Below, one piece after another: positions 47,155-57,134 of a DNA stretch of 60,274 bases. Made by a program: the position numbers and the translations under genes. The stretch's first letter is position 1, and each line of letters opens with the position of its first letter. The notes beneath the pieces are model-generated. The model saw only the letters and a list, made by a program, of their open reading frames with translations. It searched no databases and was not told where the DNA came from. The stretch is from Bacteroidota bacterium (GTDB lineage Bacteria; Bacteroidota; Bacteroidia; J057; JADKCL01). The DNA is taken from positions 1 through 60,274 of the forward strand of contig JBJOPY010000035.1 in the NCBI GenBank assembly GCA_046050405.1, in the 5' to 3' direction.

Positions 47155-48057
47155 TCATCCCATTCTCTCCTTCCAATTACGTTTGTCGCTCCCCCAGATC
47201 AGTCGGCTCCGCAGCGTATCGAGATAGTTTCCAGACTGCACGCGAACCATCTTGACCGGATTGCTGCTCTTGCGGATGGCGATCTCCACACAGTCATCCA
47301 CAGGGACCGTCCGCGTATCCAAAGCCACCATCGCACGGCCGCTACGGGTCTCGAGGCTGAACGAGATCACCCCATCATCGGCAAGGATCATCGGACGCAC
47401 CGTCAGGGAATGCGGTGCCACCGGCGTCAGGACAAATACATTTGCATTGGGATGGATGATCGGGCCACCGCATGACAGCGAGTAGGCAGTGGATCCGGTA
47501 GGTGTGGCCACCACCAAACCATCTCCCCAGTAGCTGTTCAGAAACTCTCCGTTGATATACGTGTGCACGGTGATCATCTCATTGCTCTCACTCTTGTGGA
47601 CGGTGAAGTCGTTCAGCCCGAAGTTGTAATCGCCAAACAGACCCGTGGGAGAACTCTCAATCTCGATTCCCCATCGCAAGTCGATTCGAAACATGTCCTT
47701 CATGATCTCCAGGGTTGCGGCATGCAAATGCTCCTGCGTTACCGTTGTCAGAAAGCCCAATCGACCGAAATTCACCCCCAATACGGGAAGGATCCCCTTG
47801 ACCACCATGGCAGTGTTCAGGAAGGTGCCGTCCCCCCCGAAACTGTAGGCGAAGTCGCATCCCTCCAATTGCTTTTCATCCGATAGAAGGAATGGCTCCA
47901 CCAGGGAGGCCCAGTCTGGCATGCTTGGCTCCAGCTCATCTGCATACCTGTGGTGAACGAGGTACTCCACGTGCTTCTCATGCAGGAAACGAAGGAACCG
48001 TGACAGGAAGTTCAGATCCGTTCGCTCAGTGATTCTTCCAAAAATTGCCAGCTTCAT
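47155..48057 (-). CDS. nadK: NAD(+) kinase
   Basis: 300 aa. It has the GGDGTFL motif and ..TPTGSTAYSLSCGGPI.. typical of NadK/PpnK. Confidence 0.92.
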   Translation of the reverse strand: MKLAIFGRITERTDLNFLSRFLRFLHEKHVEYLVHHRYADELEPSMPDWASLVEPFLLSDEKQLEGCDFAYSFGGDGTFLNTAMVVKGILPVLGVNFGRLGFLTTVTQEHLHAATLEIMKDMFRIDLRWGIEIESSPTGLFGDYNFGLNDFTVHKSESNEMITVHTYINGEFLNSYWGDGLVVATPTGSTAYSLSCGGPIIHPNANVFVLTPVAPHSLTVRPMILADDGVISFSLETRSGRAMVALDTRTVPVDDCVEIAIRKSSNPVKMVRVQSGNYLDTLRSRLIWGSDKRNWKERMG

Positions 48058-48440
48058 TGTATCAATACCAGAGTGCCAGTGTAAATGCCGTCTCGACCGG
48101 ATGGATGAGGGTGGCCCCGAAAGAGGTTGAGGCTATGGTCCACACGCAGGGGGAGATCGTGGTCAAGACGCCGCCGCATCCATGCCTGGGAGAGCGGACG
48201 GTTCCAGAGGGCATTGCATTGATCGTTGAACATCCAGTCTTTCTCATAAACTGTACCGCAATAAACATTAAAATACAATCCCATCGGGAGATCACGGAAT
48301 TTTTGAAACAGGATCCACTGCAAACGGGCGAAAAGGCCGGAATCGGTTCCAAATTTCCACTCTTCCCTTGTGCGACCTCGAGCCGGCCACCACGCCGGAG
48401 TCCACCCGCAACGGCTCCGCCGAGGAAAACCGCCGCGCAT
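48054..48440 (-). CDS. Hypothetical protein, translationally coupled to nadK (5' end doubtful, possible frameshift)
   Basis: Its stop overlaps the nadK start (ATGA). The C-terminal ~95 aa look protein-like (EEWKFGTDSGLFARLQW..YFNVYCGTVYEKDW..). The N-terminal 25 aa are Arg/Trp-rich and implausible. A signal-peptide-like segment lies in another frame. Confidence 0.4.
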   Translation of the reverse strand: MRGGFPRRSRCGWTPAWWPARGRTREEWKFGTDSGLFARLQWILFQKFRDLPMGLYFNVYCGTVYEKDWMFNDQCNALWNRPLSQAWMRRRLDHDLPLRVDHSLNLFRGHPHPSGRDGIYTGTLVLIQ

Positions 48441-48461
48441 GTCAGCAGGATGCCGAACCGC

Positions 48462-49094
48462 TCAAGCCCTGGCCAATTGTACAAGAATCTCACTTGCAAC
48501 CCGTACCGGGTCTGGCGAATGGCAAAAGGCAGAGACAACCGCGACACCGTAGGCTCCCGCAGCGATGACCGCTGGAACCTGACCGGATCCGATGCCACCG
48601 ATCGCGATCACGGGCCAAGGCGATGAATGGGCGATCTCAGCAAGGCCATCCAACCCAAGGTCGGGAAGCCCCGTCGTCTTCGAAGTCGTCCCAAAGACCG
48701 GACCCACGCCGATGTAGTCGATATTTGCGCCCGCCAGTGCCCTCAATTCCGCCATCGAGTGCACCGTCACCCCGATGATGGCGTCCGGCCCGAGCACTTC
48801 GGCCGCCTCCACCGGACCGCCATCCCCCTTACCCAGATGCACTCCTCGCGCCCGCAATTCAAAAGCCAAGGCAATGCGGTCATTGACGATCAGGCAATTG
48901 CCTGACCGTTCTGCCAGGGCTGAAATCTCTTTCGCTTCCCGAAGATCACGGCCACGGTCCCACGCCTTGTTGCGGTACTGGACGGCACACTCCCCCGCCT
49001 CCCAAGCCATTCGGGCGAGCTGCAGATGAGAATGTCGGGAACGGGCCGTATCAGTGATGATGTGGAGGCGTGGAACGGGAGAATGCGGTTTCAC
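48462..49094 (-). CDS. thiE: Thiamine-phosphate synthase
   Basis: 210 aa. It has ..LHIITD.., ..VQYRNK.., ..GVHLGKGD.. and ..YIGVGPVFGTTSK.. ..IAIGGI.., which are typical of ThiE. Confidence 0.9.
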   Translation of the reverse strand: MKPHSPVPRLHIITDTARSRHSHLQLARMAWEAGECAVQYRNKAWDRGRDLREAKEISALAERSGNCLIVNDRIALAFELRARGVHLGKGDGGPVEAAEVLGPDAIIGVTVHSMAELRALAGANIDYIGVGPVFGTTSKTTGLPDLGLDGLAEIAHSSPWPVIAIGGIGSGQVPAVIAAGAYGVAVVSAFCHSPDPVRVASEILVQLARA

Positions 49095-49119
49095 TGCGGA
49101 AATGCGGAAAGGTGGGTGC

Positions 49120-49791
49120 TCAGGTGTTCAGGTAGCGCAGTAGGTTTTCATACCGCTCCTGGAGGTCATTCAGCTGCTCCGCGTCAAAAATCACCCCGGC
49201 GATGTCATACTCGAAACGTTCGAAGGTCGCGATCACACGGGACAGCTCGCGGACGTTCAGTTTCAAGGTCACCAGAATCTTCCCGGCCTCCTTGCTGTTG
49301 CTGACCGTGAGGCTGAGGATCTTGGCATCATTGCTTTCGCAAATGCGTCCAATCTCGGAGATCGAATAGTCGTTGCTGGCGAGGTGCAGGACGATGATGC
49401 CGCCGGGTTCCTCTATGCAGAGACATTCCGTCGCCTGCCTGACCATATCCGCCCTCGTAATCGTTCCCACGAAGGTGTCGTCCGACACGCTCAGCACCGG
49501 CACCACATCCAGTTTCATCATGCTTGCCATTTTCAGCACCTCGTAGAAGTGGGTGTCCTCGTGCACGAAAGTCTGCTCTGGCAGCGACAACCGGACTGCA
49601 CCAATCGGTACGTCGTCCATCTCCGTCTCCAGCAGGTCTTCCTCCGAAACGATGCCCAGCAACCGCTCGTGGTTGACCACCGGCAGTTGCGCGACCTTGA
49701 ACTCATTCATCCATTCCAGCACACGGTTGGCCTTATCCGAGGTCTTGATCGAAGGAACAGTGTCGGTGATGAGATCTCTGGCCAGGATCAT
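49120..49791 (-). CDS. CBS-domain pair protein with C-terminal ACT-like domain
   Basis: The ATG at 49791 gives MILARDLITDTVPSIKTSD. It has two CBS motifs (..LPVVNHERLLGIVSEEDLL.., ..VPVLSVSDDTFVGTITRADMV..). This gene is a common neighbour of nadK in Bacteroidota. Confidence 0.85.
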   Translation of the reverse strand: MILARDLITDTVPSIKTSDKANRVLEWMNEFKVAQLPVVNHERLLGIVSEEDLLETEMDDVPIGAVRLSLPEQTFVHEDTHFYEVLKMASMMKLDVVPVLSVSDDTFVGTITRADMVRQATECLCIEEPGGIIVLHLASNDYSISEIGRICESNDAKILSLTVSNSKEAGKILVTLKLNVRELSRVIATFERFEYDIAGVIFDAEQLNDLQERYENLLRYLNT

Positions 49792-49796
49792 CTTTG

Positions 49797-50573
49797 CTAC
49801 AGGGTTGGGGGGGATGTGTAGATGCGCTTCAAGAATCGGTCCAGAATTGAATTGAACGTCTCGGGTTGCTCCATCATGGCAGCGTGCCCGCAATGGTCGA
49901 TGAAACGCAACTCCGCGTCCGGGAGCAATCGATGGAACTCATGGGCCACGTGTGGGGGCGTGATGTTGTCGTTCAATCCCCATACGAGCAGGGCAGGAAC
50001 CTTGACCTTGCCCAGGTCTTTGCTCAAGTTTTGGTGTTGTGCATCCCGGGCGATCTTGAGGATGCGCAAGGTCATGTAGTTATCGTTGACCATCTCGAAC
50101 ACTTCGTCGATCAGCTCCTTGGTGGCCGTTTCGGGGCTGTAGAAGGTGTATTCGACACGCTCTTTGATGTATTTGATGTTCCCGCGGCGGGGAAAGGTGC
50201 TCCCCATCCCGGATTCAAAAAGGCCTGAGCTCCCTGTGAGCACCAAGGCGTCCACCTTGTCCAAGTGGGACATGGAATACACCAGGCCAATATGTCCCCC
50301 CAACGAGTTGCCCAGGATCGTGCAACGGTCGATCTTCTTGAACCGGACGAATCCGTCCACGAACTCTGCAAGTCCCTGGATCGAGGGCTTGGTGCTGGTC
50401 TTGGAGATGATCGGCATCAGCGGAATCAGCACCGTGAACCGTGTCGAGAAGGCCTCCACGACGGCTTTCCAGTTGCTCAGCGCACCAAACAACCCGTGAA
50501 GCAACAGCAGCGGTGTGCCGCTGCCTTCCTCCACGAAATCGTAGCCACTGTCATGTCTTACCTGGAGATTCAT
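49797..50573 (-). CDS. Alpha/beta hydrolase
   Basis: It has the oxyanion region LLLLHGLFG, the nucleophile elbow GNSLGG and a C-terminal ..DHCGHAAM.. His. The start is either ATG 50573 or ATG 50612. The ORF is open to 50681. Confidence 0.85.
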   Translation of the reverse strand: MNLQVRHDSGYDFVEEGSGTPLLLLHGLFGALSNWKAVVEAFSTRFTVLIPLMPIISKTSTKPSIQGLAEFVDGFVRFKKIDRCTILGNSLGGHIGLVYSMSHLDKVDALVLTGSSGLFESGMGSTFPRRGNIKYIKERVEYTFYSPETATKELIDEVFEMVNDNYMTLRILKIARDAQHQNLSKDLGKVKVPALLVWGLNDNITPPHVAHEFHRLLPDAELRFIDHCGHAAMMEQPETFNSILDRFLKRIYTSPPTL

Positions 50574-50841
50574 TCCTGCACGATCTCTACCGTTGAAATC
50601 CAATCGGGTCATTCGAAGTGACCAAGGCACCACCCTATTCGCGAAATGGCAATGTCCTCGAGGCAAAAATATAGAAATCACACGGATTTACCACCCTCGA
50701 AAGTATGAGGGTGAATTTGGACAAGATCCCATCAGGATTGCCGTAATGGCGCATCTTGATCCTCCGAATGGAGCCGTCCAGGTCGTCACCCCAGGACGAA
50801 ACCGAGGACTCCCATGTCAATGACGGCTTCCCCTCGACCCA

Positions 50842-51411
50842 TTATTCGAGCCGTTCGATCCAGTTTCTGAGCAGCAGTTCACCGCCTTCGGTGAGGATCG
50901 ATTCCGGGTGGAACTGGATGCCTTCCAGCCAGCCGTTCACATGCCTGATGGCCATCACCTCTCCCGCGCCGGTCCATGCCGTCACTTCCAATTGGGCCGG
51001 CAGCGGATGGCCCGATAGCACCAGGGAATGGTAGCGCATGGCGGCGAATGGACTGGGGAGGCCGTGGAAAAGGCCTGTGCCTCTGTGGAATACCAGGCTG
51101 GTCTTGCCATGCACGGGTTCCGAGCCGTGCCCGAGGGACATCCCGAAATACTGTCCGATGAGCTGATGGCCGAGGCAGACACCCAGAACGGGAATCCTTC
51201 CGGCGACCCGGGGCATCAATTCGAGCGATACGCCGCTGTCTTCAGGCCTGCCGGGGCCCGGGGAGATCAATATGCCCTTGGGGGACAAGGCGACGACCTC
51301 CTCCGCTGTCACCTCGTCGTTTCGAAAGACAGAGACGACTTGATTGCCGCGCCTTAGAAAATCCACCAGATTCCACGTGAAGGAATCGTAATTGTCGATC
51401 ACGGCGATCAT
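50842..51411 (-). CDS. Anthranilate/aminodeoxychorismate synthase component II (class I glutamine amidotransferase)
   Basis: 189 aa. It has IAVIDNYDSFTWNL, the catalytic GVCLGHQ, and ..GIQFHPES. It has no trp-operon neighbours, so I cannot decide between PabA and TrpG. Confidence 0.9.
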   Translation of the reverse strand: MIAVIDNYDSFTWNLVDFLRRGNQVVSVFRNDEVTAEEVVALSPKGILISPGPGRPEDSGVSLELMPRVAGRIPVLGVCLGHQLIGQYFGMSLGHGSEPVHGKTSLVFHRGTGLFHGLPSPFAAMRYHSLVLSGHPLPAQLEVTAWTGAGEVMAIRHVNGWLEGIQFHPESILTEGGELLLRNWIERLE

Positions 51412-51998
51412 CGGGAGGGAACGGCCACTGGCGTGGAATCGGCCTCCGGGCCGCCGTGGGACTTACGGGTGGAGTCGAGGGATACGAAGTAATGCTCCAT
51501 GTCACGGAGAACATTGCTGGCCTGGGGGATAAGGCCAATGGTGTAGCCCTGCACGATCTTGCTGTACCCGGTTGCCACGGGGTAGGCGGCGGAGCCTTCC
51601 ACTGTTTCCTTGGGAAGGATTTGCGCATTGCCGATGATGCTGAAGAATGCACCGAGTAGGAACCCCCACTTCAAAACGCCAAATCCAAGGCCTGCGAGCC
51701 GATTGGGGAGATCGAGCTGTGCGGCGTTCAGTAATTTGGTCGCTGCCCAGCCTGCAAGGTACACGGCTCCCAGTCCGATGGCAAAGGCGGTGAAAAATGC
51801 GATGGCAGGCACCCACTTTTCCGGAAACTGGAAATTGTCCCGGTAATATCCCGCAAAGAGGAATGCCAGCCGCATTCCAGCCCAGAATCCGATGATGAGT
51901 CCGATCAGGCCGGCCACCTCGATGACCACACCGTTGCGGAAGCCTTTGTAGGCTCCGTAAGCAAGTACGACCAACGCCAGTATGTCGAGGAAATTCAC
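51408..51998 (-). CDS. cvpA: CvpA family membrane protein
   Basis: The GTG at 51998 gives MNFLDILALVVLAYGAYKGFRNG, the canonical CvpA N-terminus. It has four TM segments. Its stop overlaps the downstream ATG (ATGA). The ORF-track start at 52055 would overlap the upstream gene. Confidence 0.8.
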   Translation of the reverse strand: MNFLDILALVVLAYGAYKGFRNGVVIEVAGLIGLIIGFWAGMRLAFLFAGYYRDNFQFPEKWVPAIAFFTAFAIGLGAVYLAGWAATKLLNAAQLDLPNRLAGLGFGVLKWGFLLGAFFSIIGNAQILPKETVEGSAAYPVATGYSKIVQGYTIGLIPQASNVLRDMEHYFVSLDSTRKSHGGPEADSTPVAVPSR

Positions 51999-52005
51999 CA
52001 GAAGT

Positions 52006-52458
52006 TCAAGCCAGCAATTCCTTGACGACCACGGAAATGTCCTTGCCATCTGCACGCCCCGCGAGCAACTTGTTGGCCGACCCCATGACCTTTCCCATGT
52101 CTTTGGCAGATGTCGCTCCGACTTCTGCGATGATCTTCTGTACCTCGGCTCTCAGTTCCGCAGGCGTGAGGGCCTTGGGCAGGTAGCGCTCGATGATCGC
52201 CAGCTCCTCCTCCTCGGTTGCGATGAGGTCGTGCCTGCCGGCATTCCTGTATTGTTCGATCGAGTCCTTGCGCTGCTTGCTTTGCTTGATCAGCAGTTTC
52301 ATCCCTTCATCGTCCGATACCGGCCCTGGAGCACGGCCTTCCGAGGTTTCCAGCAGGAGAATGGCCGACTTGATCGCCCGCAGTGCCCGCAGCGCAGCCT
52401 GATCCTTGGCCTTCATGGCCGTTACGATGTCTGCGTTGATTTTTTCTTTGAAGTCCAT
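52006..52458 (-). CDS. GatB/YqeY domain-containing protein
   Basis: 150 aa. It has ..IVTAMKAKDQAALRALRAIKSAI.. and ..AKDMGKVMG.., which are typical of YqeY. Confidence 0.88.
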   Translation of the reverse strand: MDFKEKINADIVTAMKAKDQAALRALRAIKSAILLLETSEGRAPGPVSDDEGMKLLIKQSKQRKDSIEQYRNAGRHDLIATEEEELAIIERYLPKALTPAELRAEVQKIIAEVGATSAKDMGKVMGSANKLLAGRADGKDISVVVKELLA

Positions 52459-52467
52459 GCGAATCCA

Positions 52468-52977
52468 CTATTGTTGTTTCGCAAACTTAACCAAAATTTC
52501 GGCTGCCACCTCGTCCTTGAAGGATGCCGTCCTTTTGTATTGGTCGCTGTACACGTATAGGCTGGGTGTCGCACTGAAGCCAAACCACTTGTCGATCTTG
52601 TATTCGTTGTCCTTGGTCACGATCAGCTTCCCCGGAAACCCGGGAAGGTGCTTACCGGGAAATGCCTTGATGGCTTCGACATCGGCCCAGGAGACCAACA
52701 CCAGGGTGATTCCCTTGAAAAGGTCTTTTTTCTCGGTGATTTTCTTGGCGATGTACTGGCAGTGGTCACAGTCTGGATCGAAGTAGAAGAAGATCGTGGG
52801 AGCGTTTGCTACAAGCGAAAGCCGTGTCACGGGCTTGCCCTCCATATCGTAGAACTTGAAGTCCGGGATCAAGGTTCCGATGCCTTCGTTGGTGTTGCCC
52901 TTGGACGTGTGCTCTGGCTGTGCGAATGCAGTGCTGGCGGACAGGAGGAGCAAGATTGCAAGCAAAAACTGGTTCAT
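52468..52977 (-). CDS. TlpA-like thioredoxin-fold redoxin (secreted)
   Basis: The ATG at 52977 gives the signal peptide MNQFLLAILLLLSASTAFAQ. The thioredoxin-fold CxxC motif (FDPDCDHCQ) is present. Confidence 0.8.
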   Translation of the reverse strand: MNQFLLAILLLLSASTAFAQPEHTSKGNTNEGIGTLIPDFKFYDMEGKPVTRLSLVANAPTIFFYFDPDCDHCQYIAKKITEKKDLFKGITLVLVSWADVEAIKAFPGKHLPGFPGKLIVTKDNEYKIDKWFGFSATPSLYVYSDQYKRTASFKDEVAAEILVKFAKQQ

Positions 52978-53445
52978 ATTTTCATTCAAGCATTGGTGAT
53001 GGTCAGGATCATTGCAAATACCGTGCCTGTCCGAAAAGATGGCCACGAACACGTATCGATGATTACATGAGGCCCGGCAACCCGGGCTCCATCACCCTGG
53101 GCTACCCTGCTGGGTGGCCGGAGCTGCGTCAGGGTGTCTTCGGAATCCCTCCAAGGGGGAACCCAAGGATCCAAGGATTGATTGTGAGCGCAGAGGGATG
53201 CGTTTCGTTCCTTGGAATGCCCTGGATGCCCAGAAAATTCCCGCACCAGCCTACGTAAAATATCCGTCCCGCCACCTGCAAAAGGCAAATTCTGGATCGA
53301 CCCGGTCGAAGCCGCACAATGGGATTTTTCAAAGCCAATGGAACGTGCGGCCACCGGAATCCGGAAGTTCATGCAATTGGGCTACCGGGGCCCGGCAATC
53401 TCGGGGAAGATGTGAGAAGATGGAAAATAAGCGATATTTGCACCC

Positions 53446-53670
53446 ATGGATAATCAATCTAAGCCTGGGTTCACTGCCTACTTCAGGCTGGTCATGAGTA
53501 CATTCTTCATCGCGGGAGCCATGGGCATCCTGGCCGGGATTGCCGACAATGACTACATCCGTCCAGACAACAGGTGGCTGTTCGCGATACCCGTTTTGCT
53601 GTATGGCCTGTTTCGCCTCTACCTGGCCATCAGGATGCTGCGGGGCAAGAGCGACACCTTCAATTACTGA
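53446..53670 (+). CDS. Hypothetical small two-TM membrane protein
   Basis: 74 aa with two clear hydrophobic helices (VMSTFFIAGAMGILAGI and WLFAIPVLLYGLFRLYLAI) and a basic C-terminus. Confidence 0.5.
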   Translation: MDNQSKPGFTAYFRLVMSTFFIAGAMGILAGIADNDYIRPDNRWLFAIPVLLYGLFRLYLAIRMLRGKSDTFNY

Positions 53671-53678
53671 GGTCGCCG

Positions 53679-55169
53679 ATGCGCCTATGCCCACTCGACC
53701 CTCAGCGACCCGGCACAGGGCTCTGCCTTGCAATGGCTGCATTGCTTCAATGGCAAGCCCTTTTTTCCCAAACAGTGGTCGCCCGGCTTGACCTGGACCG
53801 GCGCAGCCCACAGCCTTCCCTCGTCGAGTATGTCGCCGCTGACGGAGGGATCGTCACCTTGGGGAATCAAACCAGCAAATCCAGCCGATACCTCTGCATC
53901 AACAAGTACGACGATCAATTCTCGAAATCATGGACGAGGCAAGTGCTCCAGCAAAACGGGCAGAACGGCATCGACATGATGACTGTGCTCGGGGAAAACA
54001 TCTACGTATTCGACTCGGAGTATTTCCCGCGTGATCGCACCATCCGGACCAGCTATACCCGCTTCGACCTGGGCGGTAATGTGGTCGTGCCGCGAAAGGA
54101 AATCGCGAACCTCCCCAACGAAGAGAAGCACCGCGTGGACCTGAAGTATGTGCACTCGATCAACAAGAAGAAACTGCTCTGCTACAAAAACCTGGAGGAA
54201 GACGGCAAGTTCGAGACCATCCTCTACTACCTCTTCGATGCCAACACCAGCGAAATGGTCACTGGCAAGATCCAGATTCCCTACCTGGACGACAAGTTCC
54301 AGGTTCGCAAGATCATGGTGAGCAATGCCGGAAAAATCTACGTCCTTGGCAAGTACTTCAAGGTCAACAGGGTAAAGACTCCGGATGATTTCGGATTCAA
54401 GATCTACCAATACGAACCCGGCAGTCCCGAAGCCCATGAGGCATCGATCGACCTTGGCGAGCTGTACATCACCGACCTGACCCTCAAGATCGACAGGGAT
54501 GAGAATCTTTTCCTCGCCGGGTTCTACTCACACCAAAGCGCAAACCAGATCATCGGAACCTGCTTTTTCAAGTTCAACGGCGACCTCAAAGAAGAGGTGC
54601 GCAGTTCCCAGCACTTCTCGGAGGATTTCCTGGCCAACTTTCTGCGGGACAGGCAGATCGAAAAAGGGCATGAATTACAGAATTTCTACCTCGACAACAT
54701 CATCCTGCGCTCCGACGGGGGCGTCTTGCTCATCGCTGAGAAATTTTACACGACTTTCAATTCTTATGTGGACATCTACGGCTACTGGGTGGACCAGAAG
54801 ATTTTCCACTATGACGAGATCATTGTGAATTCGGTCGCTGCGACGGGCGACCTGGAATGGAGTGCCGTGGTGCCCAAGCAGCAGCAATCCAGCCAGCGTG
54901 GCCACCTGAGCTATGTGGAAGTGGTCAGCGGCACCAACCTCTACCTGGTCTACGGCCATCAGATCGGGAAGACCCCCCAAACAGTGTACGTGAACAATGT
55001 GGACTTTGATGGAAAGGTTGCCGACCGCAAGGCACTCCTTCCCGGAGCGGGGCATGATGAAACCTTCTATCCCCAGTACTCCGAACAGATCAGCAACAGC
55101 ACCGCTCTGATCGTCTATTTTCAGGACCGGGAGAAGTTATTCTCGATGGTGAAGGTGGCCTTTGATTAG
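53679..55169 (+). CDS. Hypothetical protein (beta-rich, conserved-hypothetical look)
   Basis: The long ORF has ordinary composition. The ATG at 53679 avoids overlap with the preceding small gene. The weak signal-like N-terminus is MRLCPLDPQRPGTGLCLAMAALLQWQALFSQ. I recognise no family. Confidence 0.65.
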   Translation: MRLCPLDPQRPGTGLCLAMAALLQWQALFSQTVVARLDLDRRSPQPSLVEYVAADGGIVTLGNQTSKSSRYLCINKYDDQFSKSWTRQVLQQNGQNGIDMMTVLGENIYVFDSEYFPRDRTIRTSYTRFDLGGNVVVPRKEIANLPNEEKHRVDLKYVHSINKKKLLCYKNLEEDGKFETILYYLFDANTSEMVTGKIQIPYLDDKFQVRKIMVSNAGKIYVLGKYFKVNRVKTPDDFGFKIYQYEPGSPEAHEASIDLGELYITDLTLKIDRDENLFLAGFYSHQSANQIIGTCFFKFNGDLKEEVRSSQHFSEDFLANFLRDRQIEKGHELQNFYLDNIILRSDGGVLLIAEKFYTTFNSYVDIYGYWVDQKIFHYDEIIVNSVAATGDLEWSAVVPKQQQSSQRGHLSYVEVVSGTNLYLVYGHQIGKTPQTVYVNNVDFDGKVADRKALLPGAGHDETFYPQYSEQISNSTALIVYFQDREKLFSMVKVAFD

Positions 55170-55211
55170 AGTCCTCCCGCCCGGGGATTTTCGGCAGCCC
55201 TGCTGCCTTCC

Positions 55212-57134
55212 TCACATCGAATTCACGCGTTCGGTGAGCATTTCCATTAAGGTTTGAAAAATGGCTGCTTTCCCGTATCCGCATTCGTCGAACAGCTGGT
55301 CCGGGGTGCCGTGCTCAATGAACCGGTCTGGAATGCCCAATCGTTTGACATGTGCCGTGTAGCCATGGTCCACCATGAACTCAATCACTGCCGATCCGAA
55401 CCCGCCCTGCAGGCATCCGTCTTCGATGGTGACGACCCGGTCAAATCGTCCGAAGACATCATGGAGCAACTCATTGTCAAGGGGCTTCACAAACCGCATG
55501 TCGAAATGGGCGGGGTAGAGCCCCTGTTCATTCAGCCTTTTCAACGCCTCCTGCACATAGTTGCCAAGGGGGCCGAGGCTGAGGACGGCGAGTCCCTCGC
55601 CATCATTGACCATTCGGCCTTTCCCGATCTCAATTTTCTCAAACGGGGTGCGCCACTCGACCATGACACCCTCTCCCCGTGGGTAGCGAATGCTGAATGG
55701 CAGCGTCTGCTCGTCGAGCTGTGCCGTGTACATCATGTTGCGCAGCTCCCGCTCATTGAGCGGGGAGGCGACGACCAGATTGGGGATGCAGCGTAGGTAG
55801 GCGATATCGAATGCGCCATGGTGGGTGGGCCCGTCTGCCCCCACGAGACCGCCGCGGTCCAGGCAAAACACGACAGGCAGCTTCTGAAGTGCGACATCGT
55901 GCACGACCTGGTCGTATGCACGCTGCATGAAGGTCGAATAGATGTTGCAAAATGGGCGGAGCCCCTGTGTCGCCAATCCCGCAGAAAAGGTCACGGCGTG
56001 TTGCTCGGCGATGCCGACATCGAAAGCCCTGTCGGGCATCTGGTCCAGCATGAACTTCAGGCTGCAACCTGATGGCATGGCAGGTGTGATGCCCATCACC
56101 TTCGGGTTCATCTTCGCCAGCTCCACCATGGTATGGCCGAAAACATCCTGGTACTTGGGCGGCTGCGGACTTGGCACCTTGGGAACCAAGGAGGCACCGG
56201 TATGGCGATCAAATGGCCCTGCCTGAGCATGCCACTTGGTCTGATCCAGTTCTGCCAGTTCGAAACCCTTGCCCTTCACGGTCACGCAATGCAGAATCTT
56301 CGGGCCGGGAATCTTCTTCAGGTCGTCCAGGATGCGCACCAGGTGATTCACGTCGTGGCCATCGATCGGGCCGAAGTAGCGGAAGTTGAAGGACTCGAAC
56401 AGTTCGCCCTTGCGACCAAACTGCGCCGTGAAGAGATCCTCCATCTTGGAGGCTACCTTCTGGGCACTGGGGCCGAACTTGCTCATCTTGCCCAGGAGTT
56501 TCCAGACTTCGTCACGGATCTTGTTATAGGTGCGGCTTGTGGTCACGTCCGTCAGGTACTCCTTCAAGGCACCGACGTTTTGGTCGATGCTCATGCAGTT
56601 GTCGTTCAGGATCACCAGCAGGTTGACTTTTTCCCAGCCTGCATGGTTCAGTGCCTCGAATGCCATTCCGCCCGTCATGGCTCCGTCCCCGATGACTGCG
56701 ATCACGTTGCGGTCGGTTTCGCCCTTGTACCTGCTGGCGATGCCCATGCCCACGCCTGCGGAGATGGAGGTGGAGCTATGGCCCACCCCGAAGGTGTCAT
56801 ATTCGGATTCCGACCGTTTCGGGAAACCCGAGATGCCCTTGTACTTCCGGTTGCTGTGGAAATCATCGCGGCGGCCCGTGATGATCTTGTGTCCATAGGC
56901 CTGATGGCCCACATCCCAGATCAGCTGATCATAGGGTGTATGGAAGACATAGTGAATCGCCGTGGTCAGCTCCACCACGCCGAGGCTCGCGCCGAAATGC
57001 CCGCCATATTGGGAACCATGCTCGATGAGATAATCCCGCAACTCATGGCAGAATTGGTACAGCTCTTCCGGCTTCAGGTTCCGGAGGTCTTCGGGATAGT
57101 GGACTTTGGCGAGCAATTCTCCTTCTTCAATCAT
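55212..57134 (-). CDS. dxs: 1-deoxy-D-xylulose-5-phosphate synthase
   Basis: 640 aa. It has ..WDVGHQAYGHKI.., GHSSTSISAG, the TPP motif GDGAMTGGMAFEALN, and the transketolase-like middle and C-terminal domains. Confidence 0.96.
   Translation of the reverse strand: MIEEGELLAKVHYPEDLRNLKPEELYQFCHELRDYLIEHGSQYGGHFGASLGVVELTTAIHYVFHTPYDQLIWDVGHQAYGHKIITGRRDDFHSNRKYKGISGFPKRSESEYDTFGVGHSSTSISAGVGMGIASRYKGETDRNVIAVIGDGAMTGGMAFEALNHAGWEKVNLLVILNDNCMSIDQNVGALKEYLTDVTTSRTYNKIRDEVWKLLGKMSKFGPSAQKVASKMEDLFTAQFGRKGELFESFNFRYFGPIDGHDVNHLVRILDDLKKIPGPKILHCVTVKGKGFELAELDQTKWHAQAGPFDRHTGASLVPKVPSPQPPKYQDVFGHTMVELAKMNPKVMGITPAMPSGCSLKFMLDQMPDRAFDVGIAEQHAVTFSAGLATQGLRPFCNIYSTFMQRAYDQVVHDVALQKLPVVFCLDRGGLVGADGPTHHGAFDIAYLRCIPNLVVASPLNERELRNMMYTAQLDEQTLPFSIRYPRGEGVMVEWRTPFEKIEIGKGRMVNDGEGLAVLSLGPLGNYVQEALKRLNEQGLYPAHFDMRFVKPLDNELLHDVFGRFDRVVTIEDGCLQGGFGSAVIEFMVDHGYTAHVKRLGIPDRFIEHGTPDQLFDECGYGKAAIFQTLMEMLTERVNSM

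Noticed and set aside
48062-48598. A 178-aa minus-strand ORF overlaps the 3' end of thiE.
   Set aside because: Most of it has non-protein-like composition and it overlaps thiE by more than 130 nt. Only its short signal-peptide-like segment is considered, in the frameshift finding.
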